Of a stretch of DNA of 64,000 nucleotides, positions 53,029 through 63,163 are shown one piece after another. The DNA is from an uncultured cyanobacterium. GTDB taxonomy: Bacteria > Cyanobacteriota > Cyanobacteriia > Cyanobacteriales > CAWCAG01. The DNA lies in NCBI GenBank assembly GCA_963793425.1, contig CAWCAG010000007.1, positions 515,217-579,216 of the forward strand, in the 5' to 3' direction. The notes under the pieces are model-generated. The model was not told the origin of the DNA. It ran no database searches and saw only the letters and a program-made list of their open reading frames with translations. The translations under genes and the position numbers were made by a program. Every line of letters begins with the position of its first letter. Within the stretch, counting starts at the first letter, position 1.

Positions 53029-53925
53029 TTATTTAAGAAGAGGCAACAAGACTGTTACAAAGTAATAAACTAGGGGTGCTGTAAAAACATAGCTGTCAGT
53101 ACGGTCGAGAATGCCTCCGTGACCAGGAATTATTTGACCAGAATCTTTTACTCCCGCATCTCTTTTCATCATGGACTCAGTTAAGTCTCCGAGCAAACTA
53201 GCTACTCCAATCAAAAGCCCGAACACAAGCCCTGTTAATTGCCACCAAGGCCAGTTTAAATACCAAGCCCCCACTTCTGCTAAAATAACGCTGCCAGTAA
53301 ACCCGAATAAAGCACCTTCTACGGTTTTTTTGGGGCTAATATGAGAAAGTTTAGTGCGTCCTAGAAATTTGCCCATAGTATAAGCACCAATGTCAGCGGC
53401 CCAAATACAACCGAAGGCAAGTAGGGTAATGGTTAAAGCTTTGGGGAAAGTATTGAAGTCTGTCCAAGATTCAGGCCAATAAGCATTTAAAGATAAGTTG
53501 GTTATTTTTGGGCTGCTTTGAGCATAAGCAGAGGAAGATACCTCAGCCAAATTAACCCTTAATCTAATCCAGTAGCTAGGCAAAAAGCCGCCATAAAACA
53601 GCCCTAATATGGAAGTTGAAATGTCAGCGATGCTGGCCATTTTAGGCTGGAATAGTAGGTAAAAGCAGATGAAGGTTCCAGCAATAGGGAACATGGCATC
53701 AGTTAAAGAAGGGGTAACTATAGCCGTAATTAACAATAATTGCGAAACCACTAAAGTCGTTTTCCCTGCTGGAGCAATTCCTTTGGCTCTTACTAGTCGG
53801 AAATACTCTAGTTGCCCCAAAAGAACAATGACACCCAAACCGACAGTAAAGTACCATCCTCCAAAAACTATCATCCCTACAGCCAGAGCGATGGCAACAA
53901 TTCCACTGAAGATTCTAGACCACAT
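53029..53925 (-). CDS. cdsA: phosphatidate cytidylyltransferase
   Basis: 298 aa, polytopic. C-terminal signature SMMKRDAGVKDSGQIIPGHGGILDRTDS. Confidence 0.85.
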   Translation of the reverse strand: MWSRIFSGIVAIALAVGMIVFGGWYFTVGLGVIVLLGQLEYFRLVRAKGIAPAGKTTLVVSQLLLITAIVTPSLTDAMFPIAGTFICFYLLFQPKMASIADISTSILGLFYGGFLPSYWIRLRVNLAEVSSSAYAQSSPKITNLSLNAYWPESWTDFNTFPKALTITLLAFGCIWAADIGAYTMGKFLGRTKLSHISPKKTVEGALFGFTGSVILAEVGAWYLNWPWWQLTGLVFGLLIGVASLLGDLTESMMKRDAGVKDSGQIIPGHGGILDRTDSYVFTAPLVYYFVTVLLPLLK

Positions 53926-54130
53926 AAGACAGACCCGCTTTTTGATAGATAGCGAAGGATAGCAGTAAGCAACTAGGTTAACAAAACCTTATGAAAGGTT
54001 AACAAAATACTCACTACACAGTTTATATCTTGGCTACCAAGAAAAAGCTAGGAGGCATCAACCCAACTGCTTAGCTTACCATGTAAACTTTTTATTCAAT
54101 TGGCGCTCCCGCTCCTACACTTGTAAGAAT

Positions 54131-54721
54131 CTACAATTTCTCTCCACTCAAAATAAATATTGGACTTACAGCAGCAAAGACTTGCTGTATTCCCCGTGTT
54201 TCTAAACGGTTAACGGCTGATTGAACTACTTCTACATTACGAGCTTGTAATTCAGCTAAGCCTTCGGAAATTGTGTAGAGATTTTCTAGGTTACTGGCTA
54301 TAGCAACCACTCGCCCTTGGGAAGGTAAATATTCCCACACAGACTTAAGAAGTTCTTTGACAGGTCTTCCTCCCTCAATACAGATGCGCTGGGGAGGAAG
54401 ACTCAGATGTTCTAAACATTCTGGAGCGCTGCCTTCAATTACTTCTACATTTTTGACCCCAAAGTGCGTACAGTTACGGCGAATCAGTTTGGCAACATCT
54501 TCGTCTCTTTCTACAGCAATGATTTTGCTACTGGGGCAGAGTAAACCCATTTCTATGGGAATTGTACCTGTACCTGCGCCAATATCCCACAGCACTGAGT
54601 TAGATTCCATCCGTAGGTAGGAGATAATTAATAATCTAACTTCGCGCTTACTGAGGGGAATACCAGGCAAGCGCTCGAATAGATGATCGGGGATACCAGG
54701 GGTTGCGTAGGGCCAAATCAT
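54131..54721 (-). CDS. cbiT: precorrin-6Y C5,15-methyltransferase (decarboxylating) subunit CbiT
   Basis: 196 aa. GIPDHLF...PLSKREVR and SAM motif LWDIGAGTGTIPIE. Confidence 0.85.
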   Translation of the reverse strand: MIWPYATPGIPDHLFERLPGIPLSKREVRLLIISYLRMESNSVLWDIGAGTGTIPIEMGLLCPSSKIIAVERDEDVAKLIRRNCTHFGVKNVEVIEGSAPECLEHLSLPPQRICIEGGRPVKELLKSVWEYLPSQGRVVAIASNLENLYTISEGLAELQARNVEVVQSAVNRLETRGIQQVFAAVSPIFILSGEKL

Positions 54722-54752
54722 AAAGTTTTAAGGTCACAATACTAAAATCACT

Positions 54753-56279
54753 TTAATGGACAACCCTGATAGTTTTCAGACTAGTATCGCTACAACCTGT
54801 AATACTTCCTCCTGCTGCTAGGATTTTTTGCAGGAAATTGAGGGCAGAAGCAGAAATTTTTTCTCCAGGCATTAAAATAGGAATTCCCGGAGGGTAAGGA
54901 CAAATAATTTCTGCACTGATGCGGTCAACGGTTTGCTCTATAGGAAGGGTTGCGCTTGGGGCAAAGAAGGCTTCACGAGGGGAAATTTGATTATTGCTAA
55001 TAAACAGGGGCTGAGGGAGAGTGGGTAAAGGAATGTTTGGAGCGCGATCGCCGTATTTTGCAGTTAGAGTAGCAAAGCCTTGAACTAATTTTTCAATATC
55101 TGCTTTGGTGTTACCCAGAGAAATAATAAAGGTTAGATTCTGTAACATGGGTAACTCGGCTGTTACCCCTAATTGTTGGTGGAGAATTTCGTCAGCGGCG
55201 AAGCCGTTAAGTCCTAATTGAGAGATCCCTACTGTTAGCCGGGTTAAATCTAAGTCAAGGAAGCCTGGTATTGGTTTAGTCGGTTTTTTGAGTATTGTTA
55301 ATTTCCCTAGTTGGCTGAGGCTATTTATGGCTCTAGAAGACAGCTTGAGGGTTTGTTCCAGTAATTCTTTTCCTTGGGTCGCAATTTGCCCTCTAGCGGC
55401 ATCAAGAGAAGCTAAAAGTAAATAACTGGGGCTTGTGGATTGTAGTAGTTGAAGACTTTTAGTCAGCTTTTGTCGATCTATCCTCGAACCTTGGACGTGT
55501 AACATAGAAGCTTGGGTCATTGCCCCAATAACTTTGTGACTAGACTGTACGGTTAAATCTGCACCAGCAGCGAGGGCGGAGGTTGGTAAGTCTGGGTGGA
55601 AAGAAAAGTGGGGTCCGTGGGCTTCGTCTACAAGGAGGGGGATGCTATGTTGATGAGCAATGGCAGCAATAGCAGCTATATCGCCGCAGATGCCTTGATA
55701 AGTTGGATAGACGAGCATTATGGCTTTAGTCTTTGGATGCTCTTTTAAAGCCTCTCTAACTGCCTCTGGAGTAATGCAGTAGGTTAGATCCTGTTGGCGG
55801 TTATAGGGGGGGTCAAGAAAAACAGGAATAGCCCCAGAAAAAACTAAACCGGCAATCGCCGATTGATGAACGTTGCGGGGCAAAATTATTTTATCTCCCT
55901 CACCACAGGTAGCGAGAATGGCAGATTCTACACCACAAGTAGAGCCGTTAACCAAAAACCAAGTTTGTTCTGCACCGAAAGCTTGTGCTGCCAGCTCCTG
56001 AGCTGCTTTAATGGTAGTCTCAGGAGCAAAAAGATTGTCTAACTCTGGTAATTCAGGTAAATCAGCTTTGAAGACAGCATCTCCTAGCAAATTAGCTAAT
56101 CTTTTCGGTATGCCTTGACCTCGCTTGTGTCCTGGGGCATAAAAAGCGGCATCAGGTTGATTGGCTAAGGTTTTGAGGGTATCCAGTAAAGGGGTTTCAC
56201 CTTGAGAATGAGAAGACATAGATACCAAAAAGTAAGAAGATGTTGCTAAAGTATTTGACTGGTGAGGTATTAAGTGCAA
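54753..56279 (-). CDS. PLP-dependent Orn/Lys/Arg decarboxylase family protein
   Basis: FYAPGHKRG start region and SSHKVIGAMTQASMLH (PLP lysine). The true start is probably the internal MSSHSQGE. Confidence 0.8.
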   Translation of the reverse strand: MHLIPHQSNTLATSSYFLVSMSSHSQGETPLLDTLKTLANQPDAAFYAPGHKRGQGIPKRLANLLGDAVFKADLPELPELDNLFAPETTIKAAQELAAQAFGAEQTWFLVNGSTCGVESAILATCGEGDKIILPRNVHQSAIAGLVFSGAIPVFLDPPYNRQQDLTYCITPEAVREALKEHPKTKAIMLVYPTYQGICGDIAAIAAIAHQHSIPLLVDEAHGPHFSFHPDLPTSALAAGADLTVQSSHKVIGAMTQASMLHVQGSRIDRQKLTKSLQLLQSTSPSYLLLASLDAARGQIATQGKELLEQTLKLSSRAINSLSQLGKLTILKKPTKPIPGFLDLDLTRLTVGISQLGLNGFAADEILHQQLGVTAELPMLQNLTFIISLGNTKADIEKLVQGFATLTAKYGDRAPNIPLPTLPQPLFISNNQISPREAFFAPSATLPIEQTVDRISAEIICPYPPGIPILMPGEKISASALNFLQKILAAGGSITGCSDTSLKTIRVVH

Positions 56280-56324
56280 GCTTAGCGATCGCCAATTAAA
56301 CCTAATTAATTATTTTAAATTACT

Positions 56325-57416
56325 ATGTTGAAAGCTGGAATTGTTGGTCTGCCTAATGTTGGCAAGTCTACTTTGTTTAATGCTTTGGTGGCTAATGCCA
56401 AAGCTGAAGCAGCTAATTTTCCTTTTTGCACCATTAAACCTAACTTTGGAATAGTATCTGTACCAGACCAAAGGTTGGAGGTTTTAGCAAAAATTTCTAC
56501 TTCAAAACAAATTGTTCCTACACGGATGGAATTTGTTGATATTGCTGGTTTGGTTAAAGGTGCTAGTAAGAATGAAGGATTAGGAAATCAATTCCTTGGT
56601 AATATTCGAGAAGTTGACGCGATCGTTCATGTAGTGCGCTGTTTTGATAGCGAAGACATTATTCACGTTTCTGGTTCGGTTGATCCTGTTCGGGATATTG
56701 AAGTGATTAATTTAGAACTTGCTTTAGCTGATTTAACTCAAGTTGAGAATCGCCTAGAAAGAATACGTAAGCAAGCTCGTGCCAATAAAGATGCTCAAGT
56801 AGAATTAGAGTTATTACAAAAGTTGGCTACCGCTTTGGACAAGGGGCAAATAGTACGAAAGATAGATTTAACGGAAGATGAGACAGCGATAATTAAACCT
56901 TTAGGTTTATTGACCAATAAGCCAGTTATTTACGGCGCTAATGTTTCTGAAGATGATTTAGCTACTGGTAATGATTGGGTGGAAAGAGTTAAGGAAGTTG
57001 CGGCCAAAGAAGAGGCGAAAGTTGTGATTATTTCTGCTCAAGTAGAATCAGAATTAATTGAATTACCCGAAGAAGAGAGGGGAGACTTTTTAGAGGCCCT
57101 AGGAGTGGAAGAGGGAGGCTTAAAATCTTTGATTGCTGCTACCTACGAACTTTTGGGACTGCGTACTTATTTAACCACTGGCCCTGAAGAAACCCGTGCT
57201 TGGACTATCCAAGGAGGTATGAAAGCACCTCAAGCGGCTGGGGTAATTCATACAGATTTTGAGCGTGGTTTTATTCGGGCCGAAACTGTTAGTTACCAAA
57301 ACCTAGTGGAAGCAGGTTCACTCAACGCGGCAAAGGAAAAGGGGTTAGTTCGCAGTGAAGGAAAAGAGTATGTTGTCCAAGAAGGAGATGTGATGGAATT
57401 CCGGTTCAATGTTTAG
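56325..57416 (+). CDS. ychF: redox-regulated ATPase YchF
   Basis: 363 aa. GIVGLPNVGKSTLFNAL, DIAGLVKGAS, and a C-terminal TGS-like domain. Confidence 0.95.
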   Translation: MLKAGIVGLPNVGKSTLFNALVANAKAEAANFPFCTIKPNFGIVSVPDQRLEVLAKISTSKQIVPTRMEFVDIAGLVKGASKNEGLGNQFLGNIREVDAIVHVVRCFDSEDIIHVSGSVDPVRDIEVINLELALADLTQVENRLERIRKQARANKDAQVELELLQKLATALDKGQIVRKIDLTEDETAIIKPLGLLTNKPVIYGANVSEDDLATGNDWVERVKEVAAKEEAKVVIISAQVESELIELPEEERGDFLEALGVEEGGLKSLIAATYELLGLRTYLTTGPEETRAWTIQGGMKAPQAAGVIHTDFERGFIRAETVSYQNLVEAGSLNAAKEKGLVRSEGKEYVVQEGDVMEFRFNV

Positions 57417-57423
57417 TAATCAA

Positions 57424-57471
57424 GCAAAAAAACTGGAATATCAAAAAGTTAAGTTCTTAAATATTCCAGTT
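57424..57471 (-). terminator. Rho-independent terminator between convergent ychF and 57489-57773
   Basis: Perfect 11-bp stem AACTGGAATAT (57431-57441) / ATATTCCAGTT (57461-57471). On the minus strand it is followed by a T-run (the A-run at 57425-57430). Confidence 0.6.
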
Positions 57472-57488
57472 AATATGAATTGCTTCCC

Positions 57489-57773
57489 CTAAGAAATCTG
57501 ACCACTGAGACTGGGGATTTGCTCAAGGTCTCTAGACTCCCCCAGTTCATCATAAATTGTTAGCTTACTAGGATTACAACGTTTGACGGAAACTACAATT
57601 CCTTGAGCATTTTCACTTTTCAAATCTTCTAGGTAGCCAGCTTGAGCATTTTGAGCTTCTTGTTTGCTGGTAAAAGGTCCGAAATAATAAGTACATTTAG
57701 GGGTTTCGGTAGTAATTTCTATCCAAACCGCTGCACCAACTAGCTGTAACAGATTAGTTAAAAAATCTTTCAT
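57489..57773 (-). CDS. small conserved cyanobacterial protein (DUF1816-like)
   Basis: 94 aa. WIEITTETPKCTYYFGPFTSKQEA pattern as I recall for DUF1816. Confidence 0.55.
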   Translation of the reverse strand: MKDFLTNLLQLVGAAVWIEITTETPKCTYYFGPFTSKQEAQNAQAGYLEDLKSENAQGIVVSVKRCNPSKLTIYDELGESRDLEQIPSLSGQIS

Positions 57774-57825
57774 CAGTTTTTTTCGTAGTATAGCAGGACT
57801 AAAGTAAAGTTATTTTTACACTTGT

Positions 57826-58809
57826 TTATACTATGTTGTTCTGATTTGTCAAAGTTTCCTGAGAAAACATTTTCAGATCCAGTTTTTCTGATTGCCGTTG
57901 CCGATACACTTCATACAAGGCAATGGCAGTAGCAACAGAAGCATTCAAGCTTGGTGTTTTGCCACTAAGGGGGATAGAGACTAAGAAGTCGCAACAGCGC
58001 TCTGTCAAAAGATTTAGCCCATCTCCTTCCGAACCTACTACTAAACCTACAGGGCCTTTAAACTCGACGGTGTTTAGAGGCTTGTGGTTTTGAGATACAG
58101 TACCATAAATCCAGAAATTCGCTGCTTTTAATTCTTCTAAAGCTCGACGGAGATTGACAACCCTAGCTACAGGGAAATTTTCTAAAGCACCAGCAGCCAC
58201 TTTCATCACCGTAGAGGTGATTCCAGCACAGCGTCTCTGGGGCATAATCAAGCCCTGAGTTCCTAATGCTTCTGCTGTACGGATAATAGCTCCCAAATTA
58301 TGGGGATCGTTGATCCCATCAGCAATCACAAGCACGGGATCTTCTTTAAGCAGCTTTGCTTGTTCAATCAATGCCCCTAAATCCCAGTAGGAATAAGGAG
58401 CAACTTGAGCAGCTACTCCTTGATGATTAGCTCCTTTGGTAATCTGGTTTAAGCGTCGGGGATCAACTTCATCAATAATAGAACCATTAGCTTTAGCTTC
58501 AATAAGTAAGGAGTGGAAGCGGTTACTATAGCGTAGTTTGGAAGTTACCCAAATTCGATTAATTTGCCGCTTTCCTTCTAATACAGCCAAAACAGCATGA
58601 CAGCCGTAAACTAGATCGTTGTCCTCTTGTTCTAAAGGATTAGAAATAGATTCAGTAGATTGAGAGGTTTGTATTTTTAAGGGTTTGCCCTGGCTATCCC
58701 CCTCAAATTTTCTCTGAGAAACGGCTTTGATTTTAACTCTTTTTTTAGTTAAAGGGCGATTAGGATTAGGGTTTTTGCTCCCCTTGAAGTTGTGATTTTG
58801 GTTAGCCAT
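57826..58809 (-). CDS. rlmB: 23S rRNA (guanosine-2'-O)-methyltransferase RlmB / TrmH family
   Basis: 327 aa. Basic N-terminal extension, then SpoU motifs [43 protein letters not shown]. Confidence 0.8.
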   Translation of the reverse strand: MANQNHNFKGSKNPNPNRPLTKKRVKIKAVSQRKFEGDSQGKPLKIQTSQSTESISNPLEQEDNDLVYGCHAVLAVLEGKRQINRIWVTSKLRYSNRFHSLLIEAKANGSIIDEVDPRRLNQITKGANHQGVAAQVAPYSYWDLGALIEQAKLLKEDPVLVIADGINDPHNLGAIIRTAEALGTQGLIMPQRRCAGITSTVMKVAAGALENFPVARVVNLRRALEELKAANFWIYGTVSQNHKPLNTVEFKGPVGLVVGSEGDGLNLLTERCCDFLVSIPLSGKTPSLNASVATAIALYEVYRQRQSEKLDLKMFSQETLTNQNNIV

Positions 58810-58841
58810 ATGTCATCGATGTTTAACATTACTCTGGTCAA

Positions 58842-59303
58842 TTAGTTGATTACCAACTTTGCTAGCAACTCATTTAACCTTTGGGGATCACTGATATAGA
58901 GATAACCAATGAGAGTTTCTAAAGCCGTTGCTTGTTGATAAATATCTGGAGAAAGGCGGCGAGGACTTTTGCTACTAGCATTTCTACCTCGACGAACAAT
59001 TTCTAATTCAAATTTAGTAAGATAGGGGATGAGCGATCGCAGTTGATTCGCTTGAGTTTCTGCTCTAACTTGGGTGACAACTTTTTGATGATAAGTAGAA
59101 AGACGTTTAGGAGGCAGAAGATAGTGGGTGCGTATATAAAGCTCATAAACAGCATCTCCTAGATAAGCTAAAGATGCCGGAGAAAGGCGCTCAACTGGAA
59201 CAGAATCACCGATAAATCTACTCCGTAAACTGGTTTCTACTCTTGGTAAGTTTGAGCCAGTTAGGGGGAAATCAAAATTATCTGGCTCCTTGGGTGGATT
59301 CAC
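58842..59303 (-). CDS. mrnC: mini-ribonuclease III
   Basis: 153 aa. LAYLGDAVYELYIR RNase III signature without a dsRBD. Confidence 0.8.
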   Translation of the reverse strand: MNPPKEPDNFDFPLTGSNLPRVETSLRSRFIGDSVPVERLSPASLAYLGDAVYELYIRTHYLLPPKRLSTYHQKVVTQVRAETQANQLRSLIPYLTKFELEIVRRGRNASSKSPRRLSPDIYQQATALETLIGYLYISDPQRLNELLAKLVIN

Positions 59304-59424
59304 ACTTTAAGCTTGCAGAATTATCTGTCCTCGTTAATTGTAGATGAAAACAAATAAAAAACAAGCTACCGGGCTAGTATAACCTCATAGCTTGCAAAAT
59401 AATTGAACTGTAAACTGCAACTTT

Positions 59425-59781
59425 TTAAGAACCCTTAACATTGTCTAAAGCAATTTGCACAGAAGGCTGCATAGAAAGAAACTTTTCTAAACGAACTAGT
59501 TTCACTGTTTGAGTCACCCGGGCATTAGTGACAATTTGCAGAGTTCCCCCGGCTGTTTGGGCTTTTTTCACCAGTTGTACTAAAGCACCCAACCCAGAAC
59601 TATCTACGAAATCAATTTGAGCAAGGTCTAAAATGACATTACTCGGTCCTTCGTCAATACAGTTACTAAGTACTCTCCGAAATGTAGGTTCGGAAAAGGC
59701 ATCTAACAGTCCAGTAAGACGAAATATTTGGCAGTTTTCTTTTTCCTTGACCTCGCGAGTGCCCCTCAAGCTGACTGTCAA
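59425..59781 (-). CDS. STAS-domain anti-sigma-factor antagonist
   Basis: 118 aa. IDFVDSSGLGALV motif containing the phosphorylatable Ser. Confidence 0.85.
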   Translation of the reverse strand: MTVSLRGTREVKEKENCQIFRLTGLLDAFSEPTFRRVLSNCIDEGPSNVILDLAQIDFVDSSGLGALVQLVKKAQTAGGTLQIVTNARVTQTVKLVRLEKFLSMQPSVQIALDNVKGS

Positions 59782-59882
59782 GGTTAGTGGCTCAGGAATA
59801 ACTTCCTCCTAACATTTTGTAGCGTCGTAAGATCAATGTAATAGTATATAGCTAAATCGGCATTTTTAAAACAGAGATTTTT

Positions 59883-61025
59883 TTATTTCCCTTTTTGTCG
59901 CATCAATTTAACAAACTCCTCAAATAAATAATCGGCATCATGGGGGCCAGGACTAGCTTCAGGATGATACTGCACAGAAAAGAAAGGTAGTTTTTTGTGA
60001 CGCAATCCTGCTACTGTACTGTCGTTAAGATTAAGATGAGTGATTTCTACTTCAGCATTTAAAGAATCTGCTTCAACGGCAAAACCGTGGTTTTGGCTAG
60101 TGATTTCCACCCTTTGTTCCAAACCCGCAGGCTGATTTAAACCTCGATGCCCAAACTTAAGCTTAAAAGTATCACCCCCAAGGGAAAGGCCTAGTATTTG
60201 ATGCCCCATACAAATGCCAAACAAAGGTTTATCACCTTTCAGCAAAGCTTTGGTGGTTTCAATACCTTCAGTGTTAGCAGAAGGATCTCCTGGACCGTTA
60301 GAAAGAAAAATGCCATCGGGATTGTGTTTCAGAATTTCTTCTGGTGGAGTGTCGGCTGGTACAACCACAACTCGACAGCCATAGCTAGCTAAGCGCTTCA
60401 GAATATTTCGCTTGACCCCAAAATCCAGGGCTACCACAGTTAGGGGTTTTCCTTGCTCTGAGATGGTTTCACTACCATAGTACCAATTAGGTTCTGTAAC
60501 CTCAGACCATTCGTAAACTTCTTTAGTTGTTACTTCCTTAACCAAATTCAAGCCTGCCATAGTCGGAGCAGCTTTTACTTGTCGAAGTAACTTTTCAGGA
60601 TCAAGAATTTCTGTGGAGATTCCCCCATTCATGGCTCCTAGAGAGCGAATTTTCCTGGTTAAGGCACGAGTATCAAGACCGTAGATACCAGGTATATGAT
60701 TCTCTGAGAGGTAATCTGGTAAAGATTGTGTCGCTCGCCAATTACTGGGGCGACGAGAAATGTTGCGGGCGATCACTCCCTTAACATGAGGACGAGAGGA
60801 TTCTTCATCTTCAGGATTAACTCCTGTATTACCCAATTCTGGGTAAGTAAAAATGACAATTTGACCGCAGTAACTAGGATCAGTTAAAACTTCCTGATAT
60901 CCTGTCATGCCTGTATTAAAAACGACCTCTCCAATGGCAGTATGAAGAGAACCAAAAGACCAACCCTGATAAAAACTGCCGTCAGCAAGCACTAATAAAG
61001 CTGGTTGAGCATCGGCGATAGGCAT
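59883..61025 (-). CDS. carA: carbamoyl-phosphate synthase small (glutaminase) subunit
   Basis: 380 aa. GICMGHQ catalytic Cys motif and HPE triad residues. Confidence 0.95.
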   Translation of the reverse strand: MPIADAQPALLVLADGSFYQGWSFGSLHTAIGEVVFNTGMTGYQEVLTDPSYCGQIVIFTYPELGNTGVNPEDEESSRPHVKGVIARNISRRPSNWRATQSLPDYLSENHIPGIYGLDTRALTRKIRSLGAMNGGISTEILDPEKLLRQVKAAPTMAGLNLVKEVTTKEVYEWSEVTEPNWYYGSETISEQGKPLTVVALDFGVKRNILKRLASYGCRVVVVPADTPPEEILKHNPDGIFLSNGPGDPSANTEGIETTKALLKGDKPLFGICMGHQILGLSLGGDTFKLKFGHRGLNQPAGLEQRVEITSQNHGFAVEADSLNAEVEITHLNLNDSTVAGLRHKKLPFFSVQYHPEASPGPHDADYLFEEFVKLMRQKGK

Positions 61026-61286
61026 AATTAAAGTTTCTCCACCCTTGTTGCTAATTATTTATCGTCTGAAGGGCATGGTAGCTGTGTATTAACCCTATTG
61101 TCTAGTAGAAAAGCTTTAATCATAGAAAAACTGGGCATACTGTTTATCAAAACGAAAAAAGGTTTAAAACCCCGCCGTTTTAGGGCGGATTAGTTGGTCT
61201 TCTCAGGTATAATAAACATGATTCGCGAATAGCAGCTATTGCAGCCAACATGAAAGCCAGATACAGATACAGATTTTACCCAACAA

Positions 61287-61478
61287 ATGAGCAGAAAGCG
61301 GATGCGACCCCGCGTCGGCGAAAGACGCAAGGGAACGCGCACCAAGCAAGAACTCTCTATTCGAGAATGGACTTGCTTAAATTGTGGTGCAGTTCATGAC
61401 AGAGATGTTAACGCTGCTGTAAATATAAGAGGTGCGCTTAGCCTAACGGCAACGCTCCGCGACCCAACCGCAGTTTAA
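61287..61478 (+). pseudogene. chimeric tnpB remnant
   Basis: The ORF retains only [26 protein letters not shown] of TnpB. Its N-terminus comes from filler and its C-terminus from the nested insert. Confidence 0.8.
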
Positions 61479-61497
61479 CTACGGTTGGGTCGCACCT
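61427..61497. repeat. nested 71-nt hairpin insert (MITE-like) absent from the full-length copy
   Basis: The alignment AAATAT[insert]CAAAGTCGCGG against 10206-10220 defines the insert. Terminal inverted repeat GAGGTGCG/CGCACCTC. Inner perfect 12-bp stem GCGACCCAACCG (61459-61470) / CGGTTGGGTCGC (61482-61493). Confidence 0.7.
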
Positions 61498-61691
61498 CAA
61501 AGTCGCGGAGGGACACCCTGAGACTCTAAACGGACGTAGAGGCAGGTGTAAGACTACTACTGTAGCAGCAGCCTATGAAACGTCAACCCACTTAGAACCT
61601 GTTCAACTTTCGTTGTTTGGGTAGATGAGGAATCCCCGTCTCTCTAGAGCGGGGAGGATGTCAAGAATATACTGATGTATCTAAGCTGAAA

Positions 61692-62588
61692 ATGACTTTT
61701 AAGCCTGATCAGCCAACCAAGACCATTCTGATTTGCTCCGCTATTTTAGCAGTAGGGAGTGTTGCCTGTAGCAAGCTTGATTCCCTGCTTCCGTCTTCTC
61801 GTTCCCAAGGAACTGTTGCTCCGGTATCCTCAACTCCTCAACCTAGTCCTTCCCCCACCCTATCTCCTTCTCCTACACCTCCTTCAGCCGAAGAGGTTAA
61901 AAAAAATTACGAACGGGCTTTAGATGTTGCTGAAGGGGCAGAGGTAATAGCTAGCTCGGCTCAATCTCCTGAAGATTGGCAACTGGTGGCTAAGCGTTGG
62001 CAAAATGCGATTATTTTGTTAGAAACTGTTGACAAATCTCACCAAAGTTATCAAGATGCCCAGACAAAGCTTACTGAATACCAGAATGCTTTGAGTAATG
62101 CTACAGCAAAAGCAAAATTACCGCCTCAAGTTCAAGCCCAAAGGCCCAGAACAACTTCTATTTCTTCAGAAGATTCAGCCTCAACGAATAATGAAGAGGT
62201 AGCTTCTTCAGAAGGAGCAGAGGGAGAAGAGAAGGAAAAGTCGAAAGATAATCGAGAAGTATATAGTGCGGCAATTAGTCGTCGCTTGAATGGCAATCCA
62301 GTTATTAGTGTGACTTTAAATGGTTCTAGTCCCGCAGAAATGTCTATATCTCCTGGAGGAGGAAGTACAGTCATTACTCAATTCACTGCTACATCTCTCG
62401 GTATTGTGCCAGATGTGGATAAAAATGCCGCTAAAGTTAAATCAATTAATGCCGGAGGAGCGGTAGTTAATAATGTCAATGCTACTGTCTCTCCTAGTGC
62501 TGAGGTAGGAGTTTTAGGGGGAGAATTTTTTAGTAAGTACGATGTAGAAATTAAGGATAATGTGGTGGAATTTAGAGCTAAGAGCTAA
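61692..62588 (+). CDS. lipoprotein with Pro/Ser-rich linker and C-terminal retropepsin-like (catalytically degenerate) domain
   Basis: 298 aa. Lipobox SVAC. The C-terminus reads NGNPVISVTLNG...MSISPGGGSTVIT...LGI...VGVLGGEFFSKYDVEI. This aligns to the bacterial clan-AA aspartic protease pattern, but with S-P-G-G in place of D-T-G-A. Confidence 0.55.
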   Translation: MTFKPDQPTKTILICSAILAVGSVACSKLDSLLPSSRSQGTVAPVSSTPQPSPSPTLSPSPTPPSAEEVKKNYERALDVAEGAEVIASSAQSPEDWQLVAKRWQNAIILLETVDKSHQSYQDAQTKLTEYQNALSNATAKAKLPPQVQAQRPRTTSISSEDSASTNNEEVASSEGAEGEEKEKSKDNREVYSAAISRRLNGNPVISVTLNGSSPAEMSISPGGGSTVITQFTATSLGIVPDVDKNAAKVKSINAGGAVVNNVNATVSPSAEVGVLGGEFFSKYDVEIKDNVVEFRAKS

Positions 62589-63163
62589 AGGATGAAAGAA
62601 GGTTTGAGAGAAAATAAAGAATCCCTAACCTAAAAAACTCTCATCAAAAATATACACCCAATCTTTCACAGGTTGAGTGCAATTTTTTATAGTGCTAGCT
62701 TTTTTATACGTTGGTCAGCTAGCGGCATTTATCTTTAGTACTTCTAATATAAATCATTATAGACTCACATCTATTTTGTCTTAATATTTTCTTTATATTT
62801 GTCAAAATCACTTTCTTGCCAAAAAAATTGTCTCCAGAATTACTCAGAAGCACTTTAGTTTCTAGTCAAATCTATACTTATCCCTCTTCTGTCAGATTCC
62901 GATTTTTCCTATTATTTGAACTTCCTGGACAAATGATATACTAGGGAATGCAGAGTGCAATAATCGAATTTTGGCAATTTTGCTGCTTGCAAGAATTTTT
63001 AGGAAGAAAAAATATTGCGATCGCATACTATACAAAAGCTCCAGAATTTAGAAATGACTTTTGTTTCCGGAGATTGACAGAAGAGGGATATATTTGCGAT
63101 CGCTATCAAAGTGAACCCGTAGCGGAGATTCAATAACAAAAGCGTATCCAAGGTGCTTATAAG

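Larger units (their letters stand above)
61148..61664 (+). mobile_element. internally deleted, non-autonomous derivative of the 9036-10375 TnpB element
   Basis: It shares the left end (about 150 bp through [12 protein letters not shown]) and the last roughly 250 bp (zinc ribbon/RuvC-III codons to ...GGATGTCAA). About 940 bp of tnpB are replaced by roughly 48 nt of GC-rich filler. It is preceded by the same TTTAT. Confidence 0.85.
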
